Source of the DNA: an uncultured Anaerolineales bacterium
Lineage (GTDB): Bacteria; Chloroflexota; Anaerolineae; B4-G1; SLSP01
DNA length: 64,000 nucleotides
NCBI GenBank assembly: GCA_964504195.1
Contig: CAZDDI010000006.1
Coordinates: 48,394 to 112,393, forward strand
Reading direction: 5' to 3'
In this document: positions 16,903-27,608 of the stretch, in pieces
Layout of the letters: every line of letters begins with the position of its first letter
Position numbering within the stretch: the first letter of the stretch is position 1
Made by a program: the position numbers and the translations under genes
The notes under the pieces: model-generated
The model's database searches: none
What the model saw: the letters and a program-made list of their open reading frames with translations, nothing else
Told to the model about the DNA's origin: nothing

Positions 16903-18843
16903 CTAACCCGCCACTACATCGGCAGTAGATTCGAGCGCGGGCAGGATAAAAGAGAAAGCGCTACCTTTGCCTGGAGTACTCTCGACCCAGGCCCGCCCCT
17001 GGTGCTTTTCGACAATGGATTTAACGATAGCCAATCCTAGACCGCTGCCGTAGATATCCTCCGTTTCCGGGGTAGAGACACGATAGAAACGGTCGAACAC
17101 CCGCGCCTGCTGATCCGGAGGAATACCGATACCATTGTCACACACCTGTACAATAATACAATGCGTATCACGTTGCACGCGCACTTCCACCCAACCACCA
17201 GAATGGTTGTATTTGATGGCATTGATGATGAGATTATCCACCACCTGCCGCAAGCGGTGCGAGTTGCCCTTCACCCAAAGATCGCCGGTGACAGCGGCTA
17301 AACGCAAAACGACTTCATGCTGGGCAGCCAGAGGCTCCAACGCTTCCACGGCCTGCTCCAGAACGTCACTAAGCAGACAGGGACGCATCTCCAAATCATA
17401 GCCGGTCTCAATCCGGCCCATGTCCAACAAATCGCTAATCAGCATAGTGATATGCCGTAGACTCCTAAGAGCCTTCGCCACAAATTCTTCCTGATCGAAG
17501 TTCAATGGGCCAACCCGATGCAACAGCTCGACATATCCTTGCACCGTAGTCAGGGGGGTACGCAAATCGTGCGAGACCGTGTAGACAAATTCAGACTTCA
17601 GGCGATCAAGCTCTTTCAAGTGCGTGATGTCCTGCATCACCAGCACCCGCCCGACCCCGGCAACAACCGTAAGCTGCGCATTAAAGGTGCGCCCAACATC
17701 AAAGACAATCTCAGTATGGGCTAACATGGCATCAGTTGCGCCCTGCGCGAAAAGCTCCAACACTTTTTCATGATGCACCACGTCCGCCAACGCCGCCCCC
17801 GGCACAACATCGGCAATCCCTAACAGCTCACCAGCAAGTTGACTCCATAACAACAAATGATTATCAGGATCGGTAATCAGAACAGCATCAGTTGCATTTT
17901 GCATAATTGCCTGTAAGCGAGATTTCTCTGCGCTAATAGAGTCGAACAACCGCGCATTTTCTACAGCGATGGCAGCAAAATCTGTCAACGCCGAAAGCGT
18001 GAAAAGTTGTTCCTCAGTGAAAGCATCCTCACGCTGCCGATTGACCACACATAGCACACCCACGACGCCCCGCCCAGGAGCATGTAACGGAAGATACAAC
18101 AGCGCACGCACCAAATAGCCGGTAGCAATCCGCACATCGCGCCGCAGCATGGCCGGACGCCCGGAGCTGACCACCTGCCAGGCAATCGAATCCGCTGCCT
18201 CAACATTAAAACGTTGCACTAAGGCTTCACTCAGATTCTTAGAAACGCGCAAATAGAGACGATTATCCTCATGCAAGAGAATAAAGCCCTCATCGGCCTG
18301 CGTGAGATTGACCGAAGTATCCACAACGCGCTCTAACACTTCATCCAAATTAAGCGAGGAAGCAACAGAACGCCCTACTGTGTAAATGGTGTTGATCTCC
18401 TGAAGCCGTTGATTGAGCCGACGATTGGCTTCACCCAAATCCTGCTCTAGCCGCCGGCGCTGCGCCAGCGCAGCAAACCGTTCCAATGCGCGCAAGAGCA
18501 AGGTCTGTTCTGTTTCTGGTGCGTTCAACGTAAGCAATGCCAACACAGGATTTTCGAGCATCAATTGGCTGGCCGCAAAGCAGGGTTGTGCCGCGTGTGG
18601 ATCAGCTAATAGCACCAACGGCAAACGCGCTGTCAAGCGCAACAGCTGATGTTGTGCCACAGAATCCACAGCTAGCGCCAGATCAACAATAACCAGCGCC
18701 AAGTCGTCCCGACGCTGCAGGGCCACTTCCAGCCCCAGCAGCGTAGATACTTGTTCCAACTGATAACCCACCGGCAGCATGGCGCGCAACTGCGCCACCG
18801 GCGACTCAGCCTCAGTCAAAAGCAAAATGCGTGATGGATACAT
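16903..18843 (-). CDS. GAF-PAS sensor histidine kinase
   Basis: GAF, PAS-like, SHDLRTPL H-box, NAIKY, DNGIGI, GSGLGL. Confidence 0.92.
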   Translation of the reverse strand: MYPSRILLLTEAESPVAQLRAMLPVGYQLEQVSTLLGLEVALQRRDDLALVIVDLALAVDSVAQHQLLRLTARLPLVLLADPHAAQPCFAASQLMLENPVLALLTLNAPETEQTLLLRALERFAALAQRRRLEQDLGEANRRLNQRLQEINTIYTVGRSVASSLNLDEVLERVVDTSVNLTQADEGFILLHEDNRLYLRVSKNLSEALVQRFNVEAADSIAWQVVSSGRPAMLRRDVRIATGYLVRALLYLPLHAPGRGVVGVLCVVNRQREDAFTEEQLFTLSALTDFAAIAVENARLFDSISAEKSRLQAIMQNATDAVLITDPDNHLLLWSQLAGELLGIADVVPGAALADVVHHEKVLELFAQGATDAMLAHTEIVFDVGRTFNAQLTVVAGVGRVLVMQDITHLKELDRLKSEFVYTVSHDLRTPLTTVQGYVELLHRVGPLNFDQEEFVAKALRSLRHITMLISDLLDMGRIETGYDLEMRPCLLSDVLEQAVEALEPLAAQHEVVLRLAAVTGDLWVKGNSHRLRQVVDNLIINAIKYNHSGGWVEVRVQRDTHCIIVQVCDNGIGIPPDQQARVFDRFYRVSTPETEDIYGSGLGLAIVKSIVEKHQGRAWVESTPGKGSAFSFILPALESTADVVAG

Positions 18844-19264
18844 AACACGTTCTCTCTATTGGGCGACGATCTATGAATACTGAGGGGACATTGCTTTTTC
18901 ACAGCAACTTGCCATTTAGCAACCCATTACAGCGGGCTTAAGCTACCTATAAAAACGGACCTGAGCTCCTATAAAAAATGTTGCTGTCAGTTGAGATGAT
19001 CAAGAGCCGTAGTTGGCTTCGATAGCTTCCACCAGTGACTTTGTAAATTTGCGGCAAATTCCTAACTGTTATTCCCTCCCCGGCGCACACTGGGGAAGCG
19101 ACGCTAATCCCAAAGCCGGACAGTTTCTCTGTGCAAGAAAAATGATACATACCCATGCACACCCTTACGCTTGCAATAATAACCCATTTAGTGTAAGATG
19201 CAAACGCAGCAGACTCAAAAAACTGGTTGGCTATTAAATGTAACCATTTTGAGGAGAAAGTATA

Positions 19265-19918
19265 ATGAAAAGTGGATTTTTATTTGGCTTACTTATGATA
19301 GCTATTTACATCATAAGTGTAATCGCCATCATAGGTATAGCCATAGGCTGCGGCTGGGTGCTGCAGCTCCTGCTACCATTTTCTTTATTCGAAGGGACAT
19401 TACTCGCCCTGCTCGCTATGGGAATGTGTTGGGCAATCTGGTCCAAAATAGTACAGGGCTTAATGTCTCCGCTCAACCTCCCGAACAATTTGTATGATGA
19501 AGAACTTGATGAAGATGTGTTTCCGGAAATTCCACAGACCCGCTTCTGGAAAAAGCCACATGCGCGCACCTGGGAGAAATGGATTACCTATACGCTGGCA
19601 AACACCATCTATGATGCACTGCTGGACTTGCCAGAAGCTACTGCGTCCATGCCCGACCAAGAAGTGCAAGACATGAGTGTCAATTTGGCAGAAGCAGCTA
19701 TGCACGCGCTAAAGACAAAGCAAGGTCGCAGCAAACAACTGCGCGTGAACCGAGGTGAATTGGTACAACAAATGGCACGTTTGGGACACCCACCCTACGA
19801 TGAAGAGATTCTAGCTCTAACCATCAGAACGGTTAATGAAGAACTAATCTATCTCAACGAGCCGGTGCTTAATGTTATCAAGCATAACCTGTGGCAAGAT
19901 TTGTCGGATATGATATAA
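19265..19918 (+). CDS. Hypothetical membrane protein
   Basis: Two N-terminal TM helices; 217 aa. Confidence 0.7.
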   Translation: MKSGFLFGLLMIAIYIISVIAIIGIAIGCGWVLQLLLPFSLFEGTLLALLAMGMCWAIWSKIVQGLMSPLNLPNNLYDEELDEDVFPEIPQTRFWKKPHARTWEKWITYTLANTIYDALLDLPEATASMPDQEVQDMSVNLAEAAMHALKTKQGRSKQLRVNRGELVQQMARLGHPPYDEEILALTIRTVNEELIYLNEPVLNVIKHNLWQDLSDMI

Positions 19919-19970
19919 ACTTGCGCCGCTGAAGAACCGCACGCCACCAGTCACAAAAGCCCACCAACGA

Positions 19971-20007
19971 CAACACCCGTCTGGGAAATACTCCCAGACG
20001 GGTGTTA
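19971..20007. terminator. Hairpin between convergent genes
   Basis: AACACCCGTCTGGGA-AATAC-TCCCAGACGGGTGTT. Confidence 0.75.
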
Positions 20008-20019
20008 ACGATTTCCCGA

Positions 20020-20394
20020 CTATGCAACTAACAGCGGCATATCCCGGCTGGCGATGACGTTGATGCCCTCGCCCAGCACATTCTCCAGCACGACCTGGTT
20101 CATCGTCACCGGCGCTTGCAGTTCCAGCTCGCGGAGCTGCGCCAGCAGCTCGAAGATGCGCGGCTTAGGGACGGGCGCGGCGGTGTAGACGGGCAGCAGC
20201 GGGTGGATGCCCCCCCGCACGCGCACCGTGCTCGCCACCATCCGGCGCGGATCGGTGAGCTCTTCCTGGACATATTTCTCACCGCGCTTGCAGGTATTCC
20301 CCTCTACGCTGAGGAGCGTTTGCCCTTCACGGGTCACTTCCAACGTACACCCCATCGGGCAGGTGATGCAGATCATTTTTTCAGTGATGGACAT
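20020..20394 (-). CDS. DUF1667 family CxxC protein (glycerol operon accessory)
   Basis: MICITCPMGC..GNTCKRG..Y..ELTDPRR. Confidence 0.85.
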   Translation of the reverse strand: MSITEKMICITCPMGCTLEVTREGQTLLSVEGNTCKRGEKYVQEELTDPRRMVASTVRVRGGIHPLLPVYTAAPVPKPRIFELLAQLRELELQAPVTMNQVVLENVLGEGINVIASRDMPLLVA

Positions 20395-20504
20395 TGCGTT
20401 TTACCTCTTCATATTTGGGTCAAATCTGACGCTTACGTTAAGAGCGTAAAACGTACTGCGTACTGCGTAAGGGAGAAGGCTCTTTACGCAGTACGCAGTA
20501 CGCA

Positions 20505-21788
20505 TTATTTCGGCACCACACTCACTTTTAATTCCTTCGCCTTCCGCACCGCGTCGTACTCTTTCGCCTTGAGCGTGATACTCACCATCTCGCCGGGGCG
20601 AGCGTAGCGCTCGCTCTTCTTGACGATAAGCGTATCGCCATCGGTGACTTGCACGGTGACGGGCTGCTCCAGCGGCTTGGTGACGCGCATTTGTAACATG
20701 ATGCTATCTTGCGTGAGCGTTTCGGGATCAATCTGATGCGGCACGACGTAGCGCACATTCTCGCCGGCCCTGGTTGGCACATAGACCGGCTCCAGATTGC
20801 AGCAGCCCTGAGCGAACAGCGCCGCACGCTTGCCCGCCGTGCGCCCGGCGGACGTAACCCAATCCACCAGATCGTAGACGTGGACGACGTTGCCCGCGGC
20901 GAAGATGCCGGGGATATTGGTGGCAAAGCCGTCATCCACATACGGCCCGGCGGTGACAGGATCGAGCGCGACGCCGGCCTTTTGCGAGAGCTCGTTTTCG
21001 GGAATCAAGCCCACAGAGAGCAACAGTGTGTCGCAGGGAATAATCTCCTCGGTGCCGGGGATAAACTGCCACTTATCATCCACCGCCACCGCCTCGATAG
21101 CCTCCACACGGTCTTTGCCGATGATACGCTTGACGGTGTGTTGCAGCTGCAAGGTGATGTCGAAATCGAGCAAACACTGGACGTAGTTGCGGCTCAGGCC
21201 GCTGAGGTAGGGCATCACCTCCAGCACGCGCTCGACTTTGGCACCCTCGAAGGTGAGGCGGCGGGCCATAATCATGCCGATGTCGCCCGATCCCAGGATG
21301 ACAAAGCGGCTGCCAGGCATGTAACCTTCGACGTTGACCCAGCGCTGCGCCGTCCCTGCCGTGAAGACGCCTGAGGGACGCGGGCCGGGGATGCGGATCT
21401 GCGCGCGGGTGCGCTCGCGGCAGCCCATCGAGAGCACAATGGACTTGGCGCTGAGCTCCTTGAAGCCTGTGCGCATCCCGGTAGTGTAGACCTTGCGCTC
21501 CGGCGTCACATCTAGCACAATGGTATCGAGTAGATAATCAATGCCCACCGTTTGCGCCTCGTTGATGAAGCGTTGCGCGTAGCTAGGGCCAGGCAGGTCT
21601 TCCTTGAACGTCTCCACACCGAAGCCGTTGTGGATACACTGGAGTAAAATGCCGCCGAGCTCCAGGTCGCGGTCAATCATCAGCACGTCATCCGCGCCGT
21701 GCTTCTTAGCCTCGATGGCGGCGGCCAGGCCGCCCGGCCCCGCACCGATGACGATGACATCGTAGTGTGATTTGAGTGGGTGGGTCAT
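20505..21788 (-). CDS. NAD(P)/FAD-dependent oxidoreductase (glycerol-3-phosphate dehydrogenase-associated)
   Basis: GAGPGG, GGILLQCIHNGFG, MGCRER, GSGDIG. Confidence 0.88.
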   Translation of the reverse strand: MTHPLKSHYDVIVIGAGPGGLAAAIEAKKHGADDVLMIDRDLELGGILLQCIHNGFGVETFKEDLPGPSYAQRFINEAQTVGIDYLLDTIVLDVTPERKVYTTGMRTGFKELSAKSIVLSMGCRERTRAQIRIPGPRPSGVFTAGTAQRWVNVEGYMPGSRFVILGSGDIGMIMARRLTFEGAKVERVLEVMPYLSGLSRNYVQCLLDFDITLQLQHTVKRIIGKDRVEAIEAVAVDDKWQFIPGTEEIIPCDTLLLSVGLIPENELSQKAGVALDPVTAGPYVDDGFATNIPGIFAAGNVVHVYDLVDWVTSAGRTAGKRAALFAQGCCNLEPVYVPTRAGENVRYVVPHQIDPETLTQDSIMLQMRVTKPLEQPVTVQVTDGDTLIVKKSERYARPGEMVSITLKAKEYDAVRKAKELKVSVVPK

Positions 21789-23350
21789 TATGCCACCTCC
21801 TTCGTCTTACGATATAAGAACTCCGACCCCCCGCCCTTCTTGCTGATCTCCAGCACAGCCTGCCCCAGCTCACGCGCGAGGATTTCGACGACGCGCGGCA
21901 TATCGAAGCCGCCGAGGCAGCGGCCCGTGCCGAGCCAGGTGCGGCGCTTGATGGCGTCGTAGGTGGTGGCCGGGATGGGCGCGTGGATTTCGGCGACGAT
22001 TTCGCCCTCGGTGACGTACTCGCAGCGGCAGATGATGCGCCCATAGCGCGGATCCTGCGCCACCAGTGCCGCCTGTTCGTCCTTGGTGAGGTGCCGGAAC
22101 ACAGGCCGCACCGGGCGGATGGGGTTCCAGTCCGCTTTCTCACGCAAGGTCTCGCCCGCGCCGTGCAGCAGTTCCACCACGCGCTCGGCGATGGCGGGCG
22201 CGGCGGTCAGCGCCGGGGATTCCATGCCGCCGAGGTTGACGAAGCCATCCACCTCCGCCGGAATCTCGATGATGAAGTCGTGATTGTAGTTGATCTCCGG
22301 GTTGACACACGGCGCGTTGCCGCCGGGTCGCAACCCCGCAAAGACAGCAATGACATCCCGCTGCTTGAGGTTTGGCACGAGCTTCAGCGCGCCCGCCCAG
22401 ATCTCCGCCATGCCGGCGGGGGTCACGTCTACGTCGGTCTTGTCCTCGATATTCTCCGCGTTCGGGCCGACGAGCGTATTGCCGTGCAGGGTTGTCGTCA
22501 CCAAGATGCCCTTGCTGATCTCGGTGGGCACGGGGAAGAGCACGGTGTTGATCTCCACCTGGTTGCGATCCATGACAAAGTATTCGCCGCGCCGGGGCGT
22601 GATCTTGAACTCCGGGCGCACACCCGCCTTGTGCATCACCTGATCCGCGAAAAGACCAGCGGCATTGACGACCCAGCGGGCGTGAAAGTCACCGGCGGTG
22701 GTGTGAATACCCACAATTTTAGATTTTAGATTTTGGATTTTGGACTCGTCTTCGCGCTCACTCACCTTTTCGCTGACTCGCTGATTCGCTGACTCGCCTT
22801 CCCAGATAAAATCCAGAAACTCCGTGTTGAGCCGGAGCTCCACGCCGTTCATCACGGCGTTCTCGGCGGCGGCGATGGTCGCCCCCCAGGGATCGCAGAT
22901 CGCGCCGGTGGGAATGTGCAGCGCACCGCTCACGTCTGGGTTGATTTGCGGCTCACGTTGACGCATCTCTTCGCCGGAGATGATCTCGGCGGGTACGCCG
23001 TTGGCTTGCGCGCGATCGCGTAGCTGCTCCAGTTTGGCGCATTCCTCCGCGCCGATGGCGACGACGTAAGCCCCCGTCCGCCCGAAGGCAAACTGGAGCT
23101 CCTCCGAGAGCCGATCCCACATCGGATTGGCCTTGACGTTCATCTCGGCCTTGAGCGAGCCGGGGATGGCGTCGTGCCCGGCGTGGACAAGCGCCGAATT
23201 CGCCGCCGTCGCGCCGGTGCAGATGTCGCTCTCTTTCTCGATCCACAGAATGCGCAGATCGTAGCGCGCCAGGGTGCGGGCGGTCATTGCCCCCACAATC
23301 CCCGCACCGATGATAATGATGTCGTAAGGTTCGTGCATGAAGTCCTCCAT
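21788..23350 (-). CDS. FAD-dependent glycerol-3-phosphate dehydrogenase subunit A-like with C-terminal BFD [2Fe-2S] domain
   Basis: GAGIVG, ANSALVHAG, ICRCEYVTEGEI..GRCLGGF; directly downstream of glpK. Confidence 0.85.
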   Translation of the reverse strand: MEDFMHEPYDIIIIGAGIVGAMTARTLARYDLRILWIEKESDICTGATAANSALVHAGHDAIPGSLKAEMNVKANPMWDRLSEELQFAFGRTGAYVVAIGAEECAKLEQLRDRAQANGVPAEIISGEEMRQREPQINPDVSGALHIPTGAICDPWGATIAAAENAVMNGVELRLNTEFLDFIWEGESANQRVSEKVSEREDESKIQNLKSKIVGIHTTAGDFHARWVVNAAGLFADQVMHKAGVRPEFKITPRRGEYFVMDRNQVEINTVLFPVPTEISKGILVTTTLHGNTLVGPNAENIEDKTDVDVTPAGMAEIWAGALKLVPNLKQRDVIAVFAGLRPGGNAPCVNPEINYNHDFIIEIPAEVDGFVNLGGMESPALTAAPAIAERVVELLHGAGETLREKADWNPIRPVRPVFRHLTKDEQAALVAQDPRYGRIICRCEYVTEGEIVAEIHAPIPATTYDAIKRRTWLGTGRCLGGFDMPRVVEILARELGQAVLEISKKGGGSEFLYRKTKEVA

Positions 23351-24871
23351 CTACTCCTCCACCCACTCGAACGTCCGCTCGACGGCCTTTTTCCACCCCG
23401 CGTAAAGCGATTCTTTCTGTTCCGCGTCCATCCCAGGCTCGAAGATGTGATCCACGCCCCAGTTCTGGCGCAGCTCGTCCGTATCCTTCCAGAAGCCTAC
23501 GGCCAGCCCGGCGGCATAGGCCGCGCCGAGCGCCGTGGTCTCGGTGACGGTGGGCCGCACGACCGGCACGCCCAAAATATCCGCCTGGAACTGCATGAGC
23601 AGCGTATTGGCGACCATGCCGCCATCCACTTTGAGCGCCTTGAGCGCCACGCCGGAATCCTTCTCCATCGCCTCTAGCACATCGCGGGTCTGGTAGGCGG
23701 TGGATTCGAGCGCGGCGCGGCAGATGTGATGCTTGTTGATATAGCGCGTGAGGCCCACCACGACGCCGCGCGCATCGCTGCGCCAGTAGGGGGCGAAGAG
23801 GCCAGAAAACGCCGGGACGATGTACATCCCGCCGGCATCCGCTGCCTCGCGCGCCAGCCCTTCGATTTGCGGGGCGCGGTCGAAGAAGCCGAGGTTATCG
23901 CGCAGCCATTGCACCAGCGCGCCGGTGATGGCGATGGAGCCTTCCAGCGCGTAGACGGCGGGTGCGTCGCCGAACTTGTAGCCGAGTGTGGTGAGCAGGC
24001 CGCTCTTCGAGGGCACAATCTCCGTTCCAGTGTTGAGCAACATGAAGCAGCCCGTCCCGTAGGTATTCTTCGCCTCGCCGGGACTGAAGCAGGTCTGCCC
24101 CACGAGCGCCGCCTGCTGATCGCCCAGGTCGCCGGTGACGGGAATCGCCTCGCCGAAAGGGCCGGTGGTTTCTGTGAAGCCGTAGGGCCGCGCGGCGCTC
24201 GAAGGGCGAATCTCCGGCAGCATCGCGGCGGGAATCCCCAGCGTCTTGAGGATGTCCGCATCCCATTGCAACGTCTTGAGATCCATGAGCAGCGTGCGGC
24301 TGGCATTGGTCACATCCGTGATGTGTGCGCCGCCCTGCACACCGCCCGTGAGCTGCCAGATCACCCAGGTATCGGTGGTGCCGAAGAGCGCGTCGCCCTT
24401 TGCAGCGGCTTCCGCCACAGCAGGGACGTTATCCAGCAGCCACTTGAGCTTCGGCCCGGAGAAGTAGGTCGCCAGCGGCAGGCCCACCTGGGCGCGGAAG
24501 CGATCCTGCCCCAGATCGCTCTCGCGGGCGAGCGCGTCGCAGATGCCCTTGGTGCGCGTATCCTGCCAGACGATGGCGTTGTAGAGCGGTTTGCCAGTCT
24601 GACGATCCCACACCACCGTCGTCTCGCGCTGATTGGTGATGCCAATGGCAGCGATTTCGCCACTGGGGATGTTGCCCTGCGTGAGCGCCTGGCGGATGAC
24701 CTTCTGCGTCTTCTCCCAGATTTCCGCGGGGTTGTGCTCCACCCAGCCGGGCTGCGGGTAGATTTGCTCATGTTCCTCGTAGGCCCAAATCGCGGGCTTG
24801 CCGCTATGGTCAAAGAGAATACAGCGGGTGCCGGTGGTACCTTGGTCTATGGCGGCAATGTATTTGCTCAT
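23351..24871 (-). CDS. glpK: Glycerol kinase
   Basis: [35 protein letters not shown]; start MSKYIAA at 24871. Confidence 0.96.
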   Translation of the reverse strand: MSKYIAAIDQGTTGTRCILFDHSGKPAIWAYEEHEQIYPQPGWVEHNPAEIWEKTQKVIRQALTQGNIPSGEIAAIGITNQRETTVVWDRQTGKPLYNAIVWQDTRTKGICDALARESDLGQDRFRAQVGLPLATYFSGPKLKWLLDNVPAVAEAAAKGDALFGTTDTWVIWQLTGGVQGGAHITDVTNASRTLLMDLKTLQWDADILKTLGIPAAMLPEIRPSSAARPYGFTETTGPFGEAIPVTGDLGDQQAALVGQTCFSPGEAKNTYGTGCFMLLNTGTEIVPSKSGLLTTLGYKFGDAPAVYALEGSIAITGALVQWLRDNLGFFDRAPQIEGLAREAADAGGMYIVPAFSGLFAPYWRSDARGVVVGLTRYINKHHICRAALESTAYQTRDVLEAMEKDSGVALKALKVDGGMVANTLLMQFQADILGVPVVRPTVTETTALGAAYAAGLAVGFWKDTDELRQNWGVDHIFEPGMDAEQKESLYAGWKKAVERTFEWVEE

Positions 24872-24943
24872 AAATGCCTCCTGCAAATTAGGAAGTTTAC
24901 TCCGATTATACTCTCGGCTAAGTTTTTGTCTAACGTTGAACAA

Positions 24944-24974
24944 CAAAACCCCCGACCATGTAGGTCGGGGGTAA
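24944..24974 (-). terminator. Terminator after the S8 peptidase gene
   Basis: ACCCCCGACC-ATGTA-GGTCGGGGGT with a T run on the minus strand. Confidence 0.65.
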
Positions 24975-24988
24975 TAAACTCAAAACGG

Positions 24989-27598
24989 TCATGGAATACG
25001 TCGTGGAGCTATAACATCTTCCGCTAATGTGGGGGGAAGTGGAATGCTCTGAAGCATCCCCGTAGCCCGAAATTCTACATCATCAATAAAAAGATTGCTG
25101 TTGAGGGATTCATCTGTCTCAACACGGAATTGTAAAGCAACGCTTTGTCCAGCGTAAGCACCAAGATTGACAGAGTGAAGCACCCACCCTCCCGTATTAT
25201 TAGTTTGACAAAGATCATAACTAGACACCGCATCCCCATTGACACGCACACTAGCCCGATCAAAGCCACAAACGTCTTCTGAAGCAATCCAACGATAATA
25301 TGCCAGATAGGGGTGGCTAGCCGGCACTATGACTTGTTGTTGAATGTAGGAAACATCATTAACCTCACCGCCAAGCCAGACAGCCAGATTACCGCTATGG
25401 GGCGAAACCATACCCGGCTCATTAAAACTAACTATGAGCCTCCAATTATGCGAAGAATACTGGGTCCAACCGGTTGCACCTTGCTCAAAATCCCCATTGA
25501 CAATGAACACCGGCACGGGAGGGGTAAAATTACGCAGCACCAGCGGCAGGTAAATGTAGCTGGTAACAACGGCAGTTTGCCGCGCGCTCCACGCGGAGCT
25601 GTTGCCTCCCGATGTAGCCCGCACGCGATAGTGCCAGGTGCCGCCCGGTTTATCTGTGACGCTATACTGTAATCCCGCGCCAGTGTATACCTGCTGCGGC
25701 GCAGTGAAATAGGGAGAGCGGCTTTCTTCCAGAACATAGGCGGTTGCGCCGCCAATCGTGCTCCAAGTGACAATGTAGTCACCGTCACCATCATTGCTCT
25801 GAATAGAAAGGGCGGGCGCAGCAACGCTATAGGCGTTGACCGTAGCGCTGGCTAAACTGCTCCATCCGGTTTGCTGCGTGCCGCTTGTGGCGCGCACCCG
25901 ATAATACCACATTCCGGCAGGCTGCCAGGTAATATCATAGCTGGTCGCGCTGCCCTGATACACCAACGTAGCACCAGTAAAGCCGCTGTTGTTAGCTTCT
26001 TCGAGCGTGTATCCGGTCGCCAAAGCGCTACCCACCCAGGAAACCGTATAGTTGCCATCGTTATCAGCATTGCTGATAGGGGATAGTATGGGGGTATTGA
26101 TCACCGTAGTACTGCGAGTTGCACTCCAGGCGCTCTCTCCCACCGCATTGCCCGCACGCACGCGATAATACCAGACGCCTTCGGTTTTGCCAGCAATGGC
26201 TTGTTGGCTCGCAGTAGGGGTATAGGTCTGGTTGATCGTGATAAATGTGGCTGAAGTAGATTCTTGCAGCTGATAGCTGGTCGCATTGATTGCATCGCTC
26301 CAATCCACCGTAAAGCTACCGGAAGCCGTGGGGTTGCTAATATCATACAACGTAGGAATGCCGGGCACAGCGACCTGCGCCACCGCTGCTTGCGCATTGA
26401 TACGCCCCCAGCCGAAGGCCTGGTCTTTGCCTGCTGCGCCCAGATCAACCGCTGAAGTCTCTATCACCTGGCGCACTTGCGCAACGGTGAGGCTCGGATT
26501 GGCCGACCACACTAGCGCTGCCAGTCCCGCAACGAAAGGCGCTGCCTGCGACGTACCACTCAAATAACCATAAGTGTCGTTATAGTCGGTGCTATAGATG
26601 CTCTGCCCCGGTGCAGCAATATCCACCTGATTACCCTGCGTTGAAAACGCAGCGCGCGTGTCTGTAGAAGTAGTCGCGGCGACCGCAAAGGCGTTTGCAT
26701 AAGCGCCAGGATAGCTGGGCTGGTTTTGATAGGTGCAACCGTTAGCTGCATAGTTGCTGTCGCCACAGTTGCCCGCTGCAGCCACAATAAGACAGCCTGC
26801 TGTGTGCGCGTTATTAACCGCGTTCTCCAACGTAGCATTATTACTTGGTCCCCCCAGGCTCAGATTGATGACTTTTGCACCGTTTGAGCAGGCCCAAGTA
26901 ATGCCATTAGCAACATCCTCTAAATAACCAGAGCCATTGGCATCCAACACCCGCACCGGCATGATGCGCGCGCCCCAAGATACACCTGCCACGCCGCCCC
27001 CGTTGTTGGTAAGAGCTGCGGCGATCCCCGCCACATGCGTCCCATGACCATTGAGGTCTTGCGGGATTGTGTCACCCTCCACAAAATCGTACCCCGCAAC
27101 GATTTTCGCTGCCAGGTCGGGATGATCCAGATCCACACCCGTATCCACGATGGCAATCGTCACGCTGTTGTTGCCAGTGGTGATGTCCCAGGCGGCCGGG
27201 GCGTTAATCTGGGGCAGCCCCCACTGCGAGCCATACGACGGATCGTTCGGGGTCAGCTGGATACGGTAGATATAGTTGGGTTCGGCATAATCAATCGCCG
27301 CATCAGCATTAAGCGCCTGCATAATGGCGAGTTCTTCACCCACTGGAACCTGCCATAACTGCACATCGCTAGCATAGAGATTGCTAAGATATTGCGCTCC
27401 GTAACGGCTCCGCACGGTCTGCGCTGTAGCAATGCTTGCGCCAGGGCTGAAGCGCACCAACAGCTCGCCCGGCTTATAGTCACCGCTCACAGGCGGCAGA
27501 TAAATCGGCGCAGAGCGCGCCATAGGCTGCGTCGGCATGAACGTCACCCCTAACACTAACAACATCACCATACTGATAATACGAAACCAAACTTTCAT
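24989..27598 (-). CDS. Secreted S8 (thermitase-like) serine peptidase with FN3 repeats and a C-terminal beta domain
   Basis: VDTG, GHGTHVAG, GTSQAAP catalytic triad; FN3 WYYRVRA repeats; start MKVWF at 27598. Confidence 0.92.
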   Translation of the reverse strand: MKVWFRIISMVMLLVLGVTFMPTQPMARSAPIYLPPVSGDYKPGELLVRFSPGASIATAQTVRSRYGAQYLSNLYASDVQLWQVPVGEELAIMQALNADAAIDYAEPNYIYRIQLTPNDPSYGSQWGLPQINAPAAWDITTGNNSVTIAIVDTGVDLDHPDLAAKIVAGYDFVEGDTIPQDLNGHGTHVAGIAAALTNNGGGVAGVSWGARIMPVRVLDANGSGYLEDVANGITWACSNGAKVINLSLGGPSNNATLENAVNNAHTAGCLIVAAAGNCGDSNYAANGCTYQNQPSYPGAYANAFAVAATTSTDTRAAFSTQGNQVDIAAPGQSIYSTDYNDTYGYLSGTSQAAPFVAGLAALVWSANPSLTVAQVRQVIETSAVDLGAAGKDQAFGWGRINAQAAVAQVAVPGIPTLYDISNPTASGSFTVDWSDAINATSYQLQESTSATFITINQTYTPTASQQAIAGKTEGVWYYRVRAGNAVGESAWSATRSTTVINTPILSPISNADNDGNYTVSWVGSALATGYTLEEANNSGFTGATLVYQGSATSYDITWQPAGMWYYRVRATSGTQQTGWSSLASATVNAYSVAAPALSIQSNDGDGDYIVTWSTIGGATAYVLEESRSPYFTAPQQVYTGAGLQYSVTDKPGGTWHYRVRATSGGNSSAWSARQTAVVTSYIYLPLVLRNFTPPVPVFIVNGDFEQGATGWTQYSSHNWRLIVSFNEPGMVSPHSGNLAVWLGGEVNDVSYIQQQVIVPASHPYLAYYRWIASEDVCGFDRASVRVNGDAVSSYDLCQTNNTGGWVLHSVNLGAYAGQSVALQFRVETDESLNSNLFIDDVEFRATGMLQSIPLPPTLAEDVIAPRRIP

Positions 27599-27608
27599 GT
27601 CACCTTCC

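Noticed and set aside
23726-25027. Long ORFs opposite or overlapping real genes (e.g. 23726-25027, 31242-32519, 37483-39372)
   Set aside because: Shadow ORFs of GC-rich conserved genes (antisense, or an alternative same-strand frame for 31242-32519), with no recognisable motifs
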